Part shown: positions 24,141 to 37,245 of the stretch, piece by piece | Layout: the number at the start of each line of letters is the position of its first letter | How positions within the stretch are numbered: the stretch's first letter is position 1 | Assembly (NCBI RefSeq): GCF_001194135.2 | Contig: NC_068984.1 | Span: forward strand, 30,666,308 to 30,730,307 | Reading direction: 5' to 3' | Length of the DNA stretch: 64,000 bases | DNA from: Octopus bimaculoides | Lineage: Eukaryota | Notes under the pieces: model-generated | Told to the model about the DNA's origin: nothing | The model's database searches: none | What the model saw: the letters and a program-made list of their open reading frames with translations, nothing else | Position numbers and translations under genes: made by a program

Positions 24141-25029
24141 ATTCCAGTTAAACTAGCAAGAGATACTGAGAAAGTAACAACAGCTATCTTTTGAAATTCA
24201 ACTCCAAAGGAGAAGGTATATCATAAAGACCGTACCACCAGTTGTTTAGCTTAAGGAAAGAGTGAAGTTCGAAGATAATTAATTAACCGAACAAATTAAT
24301 TAAAGAAATGAATGCAGCTGAAGATGTGTGTATACAGTAGAAGATTGATTTTAGAGAGTGAAATCATAACGCAAAGAATAAGAACAAGTACTGTAGAGAA
24401 TTTTGTCCAATATTGCTATTGATAATAATGATGATGACGATTTTCTTATTGGTCAAAAAGGCTCTCAATATGTCAGGTGCAGTCCTATGATAAAATACAA
24501 AGGAAAACAATACAAAACCACACACAGCACTGTAGGAGGTGTTTACATTGAGTAGTAATATTGAGTATGACAATAATGACAATGACAATGATGATGACGA
24601 CTATGACGATGATGATGACGACTATGACGATGATGTTGTTGATGCTGATACTGTCATCAGTGATGAGGAGAGATTTATTTTGTATTTTTCAAAAATTGGT
24701 TTAGGAAATTTCCATGATACAGTGCTACATTATGATCTTGCTAAAGAACAAAATAATATGCTGTGAGGATGAATGTGGTGACCCAATAAGGTAGATACTC
24801 ATAGTAAAGTCAAAACAAAGTGGGTATGGAGCACAAGTGACTTGTTCTCCTCTAAGAAATGATTCAGGAATAAGAGAGAACAGTCTGCAAACATATTCAA
24901 CCCTTTGCAAATTTGTGAAAAATAATTGTTACAATGACAATAATGATGTCAACATCATAATGTTGAAAATGATGGAAATAACAATATAGAAAATGAGGAT
25001 GATAACAATGGTAATAAAGAGTAAAAACT

Positions 25030-25354
25030 TCCTTCAGTCTTGAATGATCATGGAACTGCACCTAGAAAGTTCCTCTTCAAAGTACAAATCCAGGCAAGGT
25101 TGCTTATGAAAAACAGGCAGTCCCTCATGCATACCAGCTTCCCTGCTTCCCGCCACTGATGTTATGCAAGGGAAAGGCAAAACCTGATACAGCTTGACAC
25201 CAGTGATGTCACAACTCATGTCTACAGATGAGTGAACTGGAGCAACATGAAATAAAGTGCCTTGCTCAAGAATACAACACACAGTCTAGTCCATGAATCA
25301 AATTCACTACCTCATGATTGTGAGCCTGGCACTTGAACCACTGAGCCATGCACC
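25030..25354 (-). mobile_element. tRNA/CORE-like SINE with a distinct tail
   Basis: Head GGTGCATGGCTCAGTGGTT, then CORE-like TTCTTGAGCAAGGCACTTTATTTCATGTTGCTCCAGTTCACTCA. Confidence 0.75.
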
Positions 25355-25469
25355 ATCAAAATTATCAACAATGATAATAATGACAACATTAACAACGTAA
25401 ACCCTATGATTTCTGAGTGTGGTTATGAGTTTAAAATATAGCATTAATTGAATGGATATCTGAACCAGA

Positions 25470-25870
25470 TCATCATCATCATCATCATCATCAACAATAT
25501 TTAATGTCCGCCTTCTATGCTGGCATGGGTTGGACAGTTTGACATGGATCTGGCTAGCAGGGAGCTGTCTAGACTCAAACTATCTGCTGTTGCATGGTTT
25601 CTATATGCCACTGGCACCTGAAAGGACAAGCCTGTGTGTGTGGAAGACAGCAATTTTACTTAGCTTGACATGTCTTATCAAGTAATGCAAATCACCACGT
25701 CTCCTGATCCCTTGTCGTTTCCTTAGTGAGGCCCAGTGTCAGAAGATCCTTTCTCACCACTTCATCACATGTCTTCCTGGGTCTACCTTTCCCACAGGTA
25801 CCCTCAAGATCTTGGGACTTCTTTACACAGCTGTTCTTATCCATATGCATCACATGACCAAACCAGCAGT
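25470..25870 (-). mobile_element. Older RTE 3' end: ORF terminus plus tail
   Basis: Minus strand ..CVKKSQDLEGTCGKGRPRKTCDEVVRKDLLTLGLTKET; (GAT)n at 25470-25495. Confidence 0.75.
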
Positions 25871-26235
25871 GAATTCCAGTTTTAGAATTGGTAAGATTAG
25901 TCCCTGTGTTTTATAAGAGGTAGCTAAATGGATTGTTGTCAAGAAGGGTATCCATTCATAAAATCTTGCTTTAGGAAACCCCAAAATGCTGGTGATGGTA
26001 GTGTTGGCAGTGTTAGTGAAAGTGATGATCTGTAAATGTTGCATCTTGCTGAATAATTGGGCTAGCAAGACTTTATTTCATTGTTATGCAATAATTCACC
26101 AGGATTTGCTGATCTCGCCTTCTCAAGCTGGTGTTAGTAGTAGCTGAATTTAATTATTATAAAATGTAAATGAGTATGTGACCACGAGTAAGCTCATTCA
26201 TGTAATGGTACAAAGTTAATGGCTGATAATAGTTA

Positions 26236-26460
26236 TTAACCCTTTAGAAATGAGATTACTCTGTCAAATGTAAAGCTTATTTATTCACATTGTCCTGAAT
26301 AAATCATGCATTATCTTGTAGCTTTGAAATTTTGATGATATGATTGTTTATTTGAGTATGACATTGAGTAGATGCAAGAGGGAAGCTGTATCTGGCCAGT
26401 TTAAACATAAAACAAGTACAATATTTTGATTAGATATGGCTAGTTTCAAATCTAAAGTAC
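26236..26460. mobile_element. piggyBac-type MITE-like element
   Basis: Left end TTAA-CCCTTTAG, degenerate right end CTAAAG. The right part resembles 57870-57950. Confidence 0.5.
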
Positions 26461-26589
26461 CATTACCGCATGGGTTATAAATAAATATATAGACTCACAT
26501 TTATATGTATTTAATATCCCTGTGAAATTGCATCCATGAATGCATTTTGGGTAGCTTGGAATGAAGATTGGCTAAAATGTATACTTCTT

Positions 26590-26800
26590 ATATATTGGTT
26601 TCCAATTTTGGCACAAGACCAGCAATTTTGAAGAAGGGGTTAAATCAATTATATCAACCCCAGTGCTCAACAGATATTTGTTTTATCAACTCTGAAATAA
26701 TGAAAAGTGAAGTTGACCTAGGCAGAATTTGAACTCAGGGCATGAAGATGGACCAAATGCTGCTAAGTATTTTGCCTGGTGTGCTAATGATTCTACCAGC
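26590..26800 (-). mobile_element. Copy of the 2801-3020 SINE family
   Basis: Reverse-complement alignment to 2801-3020. Confidence 0.7.
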
Positions 26801-27784
26801 TTACCATCCTTATGCTGCTTGCATATTGCTGCTACATCTGCACTATGAGCCTGATAAAATGTTCTTTTATTATTTGTTTGATCCATTGGAATTAATGTGT
26901 TGCTTGGTTTAACAACCAAAATATGGGTGTCGGGTGACTTTACCGAAATCTACTCTGATGCAAGTTCTTCTTGACTATGGTAAAATAATAGCAAATCAAA
27001 ATTGTATCAAAATAAACTTTGTGTTAAAAGCATGCCTAAATACGCTGTATAACCAGTATATTTTTCTTCAGCGAGTATTACTGAGCTTAAAATCTACTGA
27101 GAGCTGCCAGTAGTACAATTATCTAGGACACACAAAGATGGCATGCCAGCAGTTATTCTCAAGGTTATAAGACCAAAAAAGAAAAAAAAAAGTTTGAACA
27201 GTATACGGTAGCAGTCAGGATTGATAGCACCACTTAATTTGTGGTTCAGATAAAGAGAAAATAATCACAGACATAATTCTCAGACAAGATCACAATCAAG
27301 TCAAATTAGATTTCAATATTGTAAACATAGTCACTTGTGAAATTATAAAATCAATATAACAGAAAGAAACTTAGCTATCACCAATATATATAAGAAATGG
27401 TAGGATAACATGTGTCCTTAGATGATCTTTCACTTTTGTGAACACATATACATAAAGTGTTGCATGCATTCACAAATATACTCATACAGGCATTTGTATA
27501 CACAACAGACACTCTTAGGACTATTGTGTGCTCAGACAATTATAAAAACAATAGTTTACTTAATGTTAGCATATTTAATGCAGGAGCATGCTGGTAATGT
27601 CTCAAATTATTTCATTTATAAAAGCAATAAAACCTCATAGAAAAAAAATATGTGACGTTAAGTTGATTTGCAGAAATGAATAAAAACAATCTAATGTATC
27701 GGACACTTGTGACCATGGTATTAGTTTTTATATTCTTTTTCCCTGAAAAAGGACAAGTGTCTCAAATATTATATTTCCTCTCAA

Positions 27785-27997
27785 GGCAGCGAGCTGGCAG
27801 AAACAGCTTACCGGATGAAATGCTTAGCAGTGCTTCATCTGCCGTTATGTTCTGAGTTCAAATTCTGCTGAGGTCGACTTTGCCTTTCATCCTTTCGGGG
27901 TCGATAAATTAAGTACTAGTTGGGTACTGGGATTGATCTAATAGACTAGGCCCCTCCCCCAAAATTTCAGGCCTTGTGCCTAGAGTAGAACAGATAT
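27785..27997 (+). mobile_element. Young copy of the 2801-3020 SINE family
   Basis: Direct alignment; retains GGTCGACTTTGCCTTTCATCCTTTCGGGGTCGATAAATTAAGTAC. Confidence 0.8.
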
Positions 27998-28950
27998 TTC
28001 CTCTCCTCATGGCAATCCCTTCATTGCAATTTATTTATTTTTATCTACAAAATTTTATAGATTAAGTTTTGCTGATGTGGACTAGTTTCATGAAATCCTT
28101 GACTTAATAGTATCAGTTTACAAATATAATTTCTTATGTAAAAAGGGCAACAGATAAAAACAAATTCATGGAATAATGTAAACAGAAGTAGAAAAAAATG
28201 TTGTTCTTTAGCCCCCAGACAATTCCTATTTGAGCAGACTTGAGATGAAAAGTGTTTGAACCAAAACTATTTCATTCTTTTAGTAAATTTAGGATTTTAT
28301 CATCCAATGTGTCCTTTTTGTGGCATTTTAAGCAATGATTAGCTGTTTGAATAAGATTTTTAAGAACAATTAGTTGTTTCCTCTAAAAGAGTGAGCGACA
28401 ATTTAGAGGACATTTGTTGACTTAATACGAACAAATATATACTTATATTTTATGAAATCTTTCTTTTCACTTCTTTGGAAATCAAGAAACTTCCTAGCTG
28501 AGGTCATGTTATCAGTATATCTTCTGAGAAAATGAATCTTCTCTTAAGTCCACTTGCTTCTTCCAGTCCGATGCAGGATGTAAGATTATGTCACGTCATT
28601 CAGTTAGTTGATCTCTTGCTCACTTTCACATTTACTTATTTAACATAAAAGCACCAGCTTTAAATTGTGATGTCAAATGAAGCACATGTTGCTTATCTGT
28701 AGCAGTTTCAACTCTTTCTAATTATTTTTTCTTCTACTTTCATAATATTATGTAGCATTTTGTAATACAGAAGACTCCTAACTTCTTGCACTAATCGTTT
28801 CATTGAATTATTGATATAAATACATGTAAATATAAACAATATGGGTTAAATAAAATATATGCAAACTCAAATATTAGTATGGTCACTCTTGCCTCTACAC
28901 ACAGCCAAGTTAAAACAATAAGGTAATCAATGATTTACACTAAAACTTAC

Positions 28951-29112
28951 TTATAAGTGTGTCTAAGAGAGACCACAAGTATTCTGAAAGCAAGTTCAGG
29001 ATATACCTGAAGGATATGTTCTTATCTAAGTTAGGAGCCGCCAAGATTGGTGGGAAGGGAGGTGGAAGGTAATGTATAACTTGAAACCTGGTACAAATAC
29101 TTGCAACCGAGT
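28951..29112 (-). CDS. Candidate internal exon (DSVASICTRFQVIHYLPPPFPPILAAPNLDKNISFRYILNLLSEYLWSLLDTLI)
   Basis: 162 nt, TTTAGCAG acceptor, perfect GTAAGT donor, only one open frame, phase 1 to 1. The frame closes just upstream of the acceptor. Confidence 0.5.
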
Positions 29113-30032
29113 CTGCTAAAGACAGTCAAGTTTCCAGGTGGTGGTGTTAACTGGGTGACTGATTAAGTCTACGGCTCACACACAATTACACATAAAGTGT
29201 GCATAATGCACAAATTATTATCAGAAAATAAAGCCACTACTGTCAAAGTTCTACATAAGAAAATGAGTTGAAAATTACCTTCAAATTATATTATCAGCAA
29301 GCTGAAATGTTAACACTTACAAAGAGAAAACAAATGGTAGACAGAAACTGTTAAAAGAATGTTTAAAAAAAGCATTTACTGAAATTTTTAAAAATTCATT
29401 CTCCACTTACAACTTCATCAGTTACATGGTTTCCATCAACATGAGTTGGGAGTTGGCACTTATCAAACCAAACACACAACAATACGATTACAAACCAAAA
29501 TTTTAACCATGTTATGAAGCTTATCAAGTATGTCTCTCTATATGTGCCTATGTGTATTGTTAACATGTGAGCATGGTTATTTTGTTTATAAAATATCATG
29601 TGATGGTGAATTTTACAAGTAATCTAATTCATCAAGTAAAATTTGAACTTGTGACTAATTGGTCTGTAGTTCAAAACATTTAGTTCAAATCCATTTTGTT
29701 ATATTTTCTTTAATGCAATAGAAATAATCAACCATTTATTTATCATTACAAAATCTATCAAATGTAGACATAGTTATTTATTTGATTGATAGCAATGACA
29801 GAGTAAGAATTTTAATGGCTAAGATGATGAATGGATGGAGGATGTATAAATGAATGGATAGCAAAATGAATGAAGAAGAAAATGCGGAACATGAGAAAAA
29901 AGATGATGACAATGATGATGATAAACATTCTGAATGAAATTGATAGGTTTTGCACAAAACAAAAATAATTTCCCTTTTAAATTGAGATTAAGTTTTGTAT
30001 TTGACATGGAAACTATTACAAATGACTTATAT

Positions 30033-30234
30033 ATGGGAGAATTTATGAAAAAAAACAAAAACAGACGAGGACAAGTGGTGTAAACAACAAAAGGATGTAT
30101 TAGTTTAACGCTTGGGAATAGAGAAAGTCTTTAACGCTTCAGGCTACGCTCTTCAACAGAAAGAATAAGGAGAAAAACAAGGAGAAGAACACGGAGAAAA
30201 AAAATTTGAATGTTGTGGTCAGCGATCTTATACA

Positions 30235-30236
<2 letters not shown>
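30033..30236 (-). mobile_element. Short hammerhead-bearing element, copy C
   Basis: Minus strand 30128-30164 reads TCTTT-CTGTTGA-A-GAGC-GTA-GCCT-GAAG-CG-TT-AAAGA. Aligns with copies A and B. Confidence 0.75.
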
Positions 30237-30277
<41 letters not shown>

Positions 30278-30338
30278 CTCTTTCTCTATTTCTCTCTCTA
30301 TNNNNNNNNNNTACACACATACACACACACATACACAT

Positions 30339-30383
<45 letters not shown>

Positions 30384-30411
30384 AATATTTTCAAGTTAAA
30401 TTATCCTCATG

Positions 30412-30570
30412 GGGACAAATGGCCTAGTGGTTAGAGTGTTGTATTCATTATCAAAAGACTGTGGTTTCAATTCCTGGATTGGACAGTTCATTGTGTTCTT
30501 GAGCAAAACATATCACCTTACATTGCTCTGTGATCACTTCAACATCTGATGTGTGGCACACCATGTACCT
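30412..30570 (+). mobile_element. tRNA/CORE-like SINE fragment
   Basis: TGGCCTAGTGGTTAGAGTG A box, GGTTTCAATTCC B box, TTCTTGAGCAAAAC CORE-like start. Confidence 0.65.
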
Positions 30571-30639
30571 GCAAGTGGTGAGAGCATTACCTAGCAGTTA
30601 ATAGGGTAGCTAGGTATCAGGTATGACTAGGTAAAGGAA

Positions 30640-32190
30640 GAAACAGAAAGGAAGAAATTTGTAAATGCTGTTCGGTGCGAAGATGAGGAATGATAGGTAT
30701 TTAGCATCACAAGACTGGATGTCAGAGAAAATCAAGTTGAAATTGGACAGAAGTGTATCTGGAACGATGGTGGTACACTTGCTCTAAAAGTTGATGATAA
30801 AGAAAGCAGCATGCACGTGCTATTATGAAAGAATATTGACTCAAGAGAGAAACTGAGAAGTCAAGTTGACAGCATTATGGTAGATAAAGTTATTAAAGAT
30901 AATAAGGTAGGGAAAGCTGCAAGCTAATCCAGGATAGTTGCAGAGATACTCAAAATATCTGGTGAAGTAAGATACTAGCTAATCACCTGAATATTTTATC
31001 AGGTAATACAGGAAGGTCTCATACACAATGATTGGCATGGCATGGCATTGTCATTGTAAATTGCTACAAGGTCAAAGGAAATGATGTAGAGAGAGGAAAT
31101 TACAGAGTCATCAAATTGTCAGGCCAGACTATAAAAATGCCAGAAAGCAAAACAGAATTTGTCTGGATGAGATGCAGTTCAGCTTTGTGCCCAAAAGAGG
31201 TATCACGGATACCATCTCACTGGTAAGGCAATAACAGCAGAAATACTTGGCATTTGTTGACTTGGAGAAAATCTTTAACATGGTGCCATACTCAATAACT
31301 TTGTTTTCTCTGAAGAAATATGGTGTAGGTGAATGGCTTATGTGGGCAGTACGTGTACAAAAGTTCAGTTAGTAAAGTAAAAAAGTCAGTAATGATTGCA
31401 GCAAGGTATTTAGTGTGAAGATAGGAATTCTTAAATATTCAGTTCTCAGCCCCTTTTTTATTCTTCATAGTCTTAACAGTCCATTACAGAGAAGTTCAAG
31501 ACTGACTCTTCGTGAACACTGCATACTGAAAATCTCATATCACTGAATCTATTGTTGAATTAAAAAAGAAATTTCAGACTGCAGATAAAACCTAAATTGA
31601 GAGGCCTCAAAGAAAATTGGAAAGAAAAAAAAATAAACAGGCCCCAATTTTAACTATAAAAACAAAAGTAGTTGTTAGTAAGTAGAAAATAAGGTAGAAT
31701 CTTGGTACCATCAGGGAAATGACCTTACTCAATATGCAGAGAATGAGTAGGTAGAAACTCAATATGTGGTGCAGTATAAATGCAGTTTGAATGCACATGA
31801 GATATTGTAGAATCACATGTAGGCTAATAGAGAAAGGAGGGTTTTAAAGAGAACGTAGTAAAAATAGTTTCTCCCAATTGTCCAATTGGATCACCAGAAA
31901 TAATTTAATGTTTCTGTTACCCAGGTAGTGTAATTAGCAGCTGGGGTTACTGTTGCTCCTAAAAGTATAACAGCTAAGCTAAGAACAGTTTGGCATAAGT
32001 TCAGGAAGTTATTCGCTCTGCAGGCAAGAAAGGTCTTCTACTTTGATGTGAAAGGTAGATTCTATGGTACATGATGCTTGTGTTCAAACCGCAATGTTGC
32101 ATGGTCGTGAAATGCAAGATTTGAAATCAGGAGGTTAGAAAGAAATGAAGCAAGCATATGCCAATGGCTGTGTAATGCCTGTGGCATGAA
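30640..32190 (+). mobile_element. Heavily decayed RTE-clade LINE, RT region
   Basis: KVIKDNKVGKAAS..IVAEILKISGE..IVNCYKVKGNDVERGNYRVIKL; AFVDLEKIF; SGK*PYSICRE*VGRNSI; RLERNEASI. Many stops and frameshifts. Confidence 0.85.
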
Positions 32191-33399
32191 AAAGAATAAG
32201 ATATGTATTCATGTGTGTGCATGCTTGTTTATATGTGATGTTAAAGAGAAGAAGAAGGTATAATATTCAGGTTAGAAAGAAAGATATATAGTTAGATTGA
32301 TAGATAGTTTGATAGATAGATAGATAGATAGATAGATACTTAGAAAAATAAATAGATAGATGGATAGATGGATGGATAGATAGATAGATAGATAGATAAA
32401 AAGTTCTAAAGAATATTAAGTTGTATGTGGAGCTCAATGTCCGTCAAGCACATGCATGATACATGAACATAAAACCATATGCATGCTTCCAGATAAGCAT
32501 GTGCATGAACACATACACACGCACACACGCACACACATATGCATTCAGATATACACCCTCCCACACACACTACATACTTTATGTATCTTTATTTGACATA
32601 TTCAAGAAAAAAAAAAAGAATCAAAATATAAATTAGTGCAAAATGTACAACATTTTAGTTGAATTTTGATGATAATGAATAATTTAAGAATTCACAACCC
32701 AAAAAAGAAAAATCAGAAATGGTACTTTGTGTTGTTTTGCTATTATTTTGCAATATCCCAAAGAATGTGTTTAAAAACATTTAGCCAATGAATATTTATG
32801 CAATTGTCAAAAAATATTCAGTTGTTTAATGGAAGATCTTTAGAAATATGAAGAAAATAGTTGTTTTGTAAATATTGATCATCCAGAAGCAGAATCTCTA
32901 TAACAAAGGGGAAAATGTAAAGATTTTGTTGTTTTATTGCTGTTGTTTTTCTTCTCTTTTTTTCTGTTTTCTTACAATTTTTTTTTTATCTGTTTGGATT
33001 TCTTTTCTTCTATTCATTTTCTGAAAAGTATTTATCAACTCTTTTACATAACTATCATATATTTAAAAGCATTAATAGATTTTGTAACATTCCATTTTTT
33101 TTTTTTTTTTTTTTTTTTCTAGAGCTCAAATATCCTTCTGGTCTTATTCTATATGTTTATTTTATTTTTTTGTTTGTTTATTATTTATTTTTCATTTTAG
33201 CTTATCAGCACATTAAATTGTAGACAAACATTCAAGTAATTTATAAGTACATATTCTTAAATATATTAAAATAATAAAAGAAAAAGATCTACAGGAAAAT
33301 AAAAAAAAGAAATAATGCAAAATTACATATTAAATAATAAGATTGTTATGTTAATTTAGAAATATGAAAATACAATTTTATATATCTATAATACAAATA

Positions 33400-33471
33400 T
33401 GTGATTGTGTGTATGTGTGTGCTTCAGTATGTGTGCATGTGTATGTATTTCTCCCCCTCTATTTCTCTCTT

Positions 33472-33566
<95 letters not shown>

Positions 33567-33749
33567 TTACATGCATATATATATACATAAACACATATAT
33601 ATTTTATATATACATATTATATATATAATATATTGTATATAATATATATATATATAAATATGTATATACATATATGTATAATAATATAAATTATATATAT
33701 ATGCATATATATGTATGAATGTATATAGAACTATATAAACACACACACG

Positions 33750-33785
<36 letters not shown>

Positions 33786-33900
33786 ACCCATGCTACCATG
33801 GAACATGGACATTAAATGAAGATATGATGATGATGATACACACACATGAACATACACATGCATGAACATACATGCATGAACACACATGAATGAACACAAA
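33400..33900. repeat. Compound (TG)n/(TA)n/(CA)n low-complexity tract
   Basis: Read directly from the sequence. Confidence 0.9.
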
Positions 33901-34262
33901 TATATACTTAAAAAGAGAAAGTATATATTTCAAGTGCAACTGTAAAAATATATTTCAGAATTTATATATATAGAAATTGCATGTGTGTGTGTGTGTGCCT
34001 GTCTCATTATATAAGTGTGTGTGTGTGTGTGCCTGTCTCATTATATAAGTGTGTGTGTGTGTGTGAGTGTGTGGGTGTGTGGATATCAAAACACTGATAG
34101 TGATGGTGATGATGATGATGATGATGATCATGGCAGTGATGATGATAATGATGATATATATAATAATTTATGTGTTTGTGTGCATATTTTTATACATATA
34201 GCCAGAGAAAAGGAGAGGGAGAGGAAAGGAGGGTGATAAGTATTAGGTGATGAAGAGAGAGA

Positions 34263-34265
34263 AAT

Positions 34266-34356
<91 letters not shown>
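34263..34356. repeat. (GA)n microsatellite
   Basis: Read directly from the sequence. Confidence 0.95.
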
Positions 34357-34359
<3 letters not shown>

Positions 34360-34585
34360 AAGCACAGTAAACGATAGATTTTCTTGCCTGATTATCTTGT
34401 ATGATTACCAGTATGGAAATTGGTGAAAAGGTTGGTGTGAAGCAACTGATAAAAAAAATATCATTCTGTGTATTCTAATGATAAGTTTCAACAATTACTA
34501 CAAGAGAGTAGCAACTTTATGGATAGTAATGAAATTTACATAAATATTTGTTATTTCTTCCACAAATTCAATCTTGAGGCCTCAC

Positions 34586-34685
34586 AAAGCAACGGTAGAA
34601 TCTTGCAATATCAACAAAAAAAAATCCTCAATGTTTAATCTTGATAAATGTGTAAGATGCCTTTCTCTTGCTCTGTTGAGTAAAG
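34586..34685 (-). CDS. Candidate internal exon (LLNRARERHLTHLSRLNIEDFFLLILQDSTVA)
   Basis: TTTAG acceptor, GTGAGG donor, open frame, phase 1 to 2. Alternative acceptor 7 nt upstream. Confidence 0.3.
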
Positions 34686-35589
34686 CTAAATGCTAAACAT
34701 TTCCAAAACTGTGGAAAAATCATTTCAATTTGCATTAATCTATTTCTTTTTTTTTTTCAATTTTGTTCACCTTTATTTTCGACTGTTTACTGATGCTAGT
34801 GAAGTGAAGCAGAGCATACTGAAGATTATAATTCTATAATTTTTTTCATTCTTTTACTGATTCCATTCATTGAACAGTGGCTATGTTGGGGCACCATATT
34901 TTACAGCATAGTTAGTTATATAAACCCTTGCTTGCTGGCTATACTTATTTTTTAGATACTAAAAGCATTAAAGGTAATGTTGACTAGGATGGGATTTGAA
35001 ACAAAGAATGTAAAAGTATTCAATTAATTAAATATCATTTGGTCCTTTCTTCAACACTCTACAACTCTGCCAGCCATCAATCTGTAAGATAATCTTCATA
35101 CATTTCAGCTATACTACATGTTTATAACAGTGCATAAATAAAAGAAATATTCCAAAACATTGAAGTTTACAACCTAAATTTGTACACTTGAGTATTTGTC
35201 AGCTGGAAATTCAAATATTGTTTTCATGCTCTTGAAGCATATCTTTATTTTGTATGATTGAATATTTAATTTTCCAACAAGGTGAAATGAAATAAACAAA
35301 CTAATATTTTTTTAAAAACTGTATTGAAGCAAAGTAATTTCTTTTTTGCCCAGCTCATGGATAATATCAATTTACATTTTAAAGTCAATTTCTAAATACT
35401 GGCATGGGTTAGATAGGTCTAACCTTCCTGTCTCCATCTAGCTACAGAAACTATTTATAAAATTAAACTATAACTTGAAACTGCAAGATTTACTACCATA
35501 GGTTCAGTCTGAAAAAATATTTTTGTACAAGTAATAAACTGTTAGAATAAAAGTTTTTTTTTCACTCAGAGAGAAAGGGCAGATTGAAA

Positions 35590-37175
35590 ATGTGTGTGAA
35601 CAGTAATGCTGCATGTTAGTGAAATATGAGTCTTGAATGCAGAAAATTTCCAAAGACTAGAAAGGAAGGAGCCATGCTCTGGTAGATGTGTAAAGTCAGT
35701 GTGTATGAATACCATAGTACAAATGAGCTGAGAGAAAACTGAGTATAAGAGGAATGAAATGTTACATTCATGAGAGAAAACAGTGCTGATATTGGCATAT
35801 GATACCTATACCAGTGCAATCTTACATGTATATGATGCATATAAATTATTACTGCTGCATAAAAAAAGTATCGGGAATTTCAAATTAATGGAACATAAAG
35901 AACAGGGAGGCCAAGAAAGAATTATAATGCAGTAGTGAAAGCTGAGCTGAAGATACTGAATATTAAAGAGGAAATTATAAAGGACCATACTGATTGGTGA
36001 TGTGATGCTTCAGAAGACTCAGTCACCTACATCAAAATGTAGCCTGACATGACATTTGTGTTTACAGACTAGAATATTTCTGTACTCTTTCAAGTATACA
36101 TTTTGCTGCTCCCTTCACACTCTTTCAGTCATTTGATTCATCATCACCCTGTTGTTACTTCCTTCATCAATCCTCTTTCACTCCTCCACTATGCCTATGT
36201 ATGCAAGACAGCAGTGGTACTCTTCATTCCTCTGACTCTCTCACACTTCATTAGGCCTACTTATTGAAGACAACATTGATCTGTCATCATACCTTCTCTA
36301 GGTTGATGTATAAGAGACTACATTGGGCTACCCATATGCCCCTACGTTTCATTCTCTTTAGTGCATCTCCCTTACACTCTTTGCTCTTCTCTACTGCCAG
36401 CCATAACATCCTCCTCCTCCCTCCATCCCTCCCACAGTTTGTTATTATTACTAGCCATCACCTAATCTTTATCCCATTATGCATCTGTATCTTTCTCCAT
36501 CTCCACTATTCTAAATAACCTTGTTGGTTATATCACTCTATTACTTTTTCCTTATTCCCAGCCATCGAAACCCTACTAACATCATTACTCTCTCTCTTTT
36601 CTAATCTCATTCTTTGTCATTTGAGTCCTTTGTCACTTTGTCACTTGATGCTGTAGGTTATTGCATTCTCTTGTGCTTACCTACTTCTTTCATACATTTC
36701 TAATACGATTGCTAGCATGATTCCCCCTATTTTCCTTCCTTTGTCTGCACACCTGAAATCTGAATACCATCTAGATTGTCCTGTGTAAAAGACACCAAAC
36801 CACCTGTACTAGTGTTAGCTGACAACTCATGCTCCTTCAAAGTGGCAAGTATGTAAGACTTGCCACTCTTGCTGGTGCCACAAAATATACCTAATATACC
36901 TTGTAAAGCAGTTTACAAATTGAAAAGAGAATGTACATCATTCTGAGATCCTTTTAATTCAACCTCTTTCGTGTTGGTAGAAAAGAAAACATTCTTAGTA
37001 CATACAGTAAACTGGCTGGCAATAGGAAGAGCATCCAGCCATTAAAACCAAGCCAAATGACTTGCACAAGCGTCCATCTATGGAGCCACAAAACTCAATA
37101 GGAGTTGGTTCTGGCCATAACAACCCCTCCAACACATGAGAGCATAGAAAGCAGACATAAAAACGATGATGATTA
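35590..37175 (+). mobile_element. Old RTE 3' fragment: decayed ORF end, long pyrimidine-rich UTR and (GAT)n tail
   Basis: VLNAENFQRLERKE..MCKVSV..TNELREKLSIRG; RPRKNYNAVVKAELKIL; the tail at 37010-37175 resembles the RTE tail family. Confidence 0.65.
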
Positions 37176-37245
37176 TCATACATCCCCCCACCAGATATAT
37201 ATTTTTCACTTTATGCAATATACTCACATGAAATAAAACAAGCTA

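Noticed and set aside
33364-34236. ORFs rich in YI, CV, HT or poly-I/N/D, here and elsewhere
   Set aside because: Translations of (TA)n, (TG)n, (AAT)n and (GAT)n repeats.
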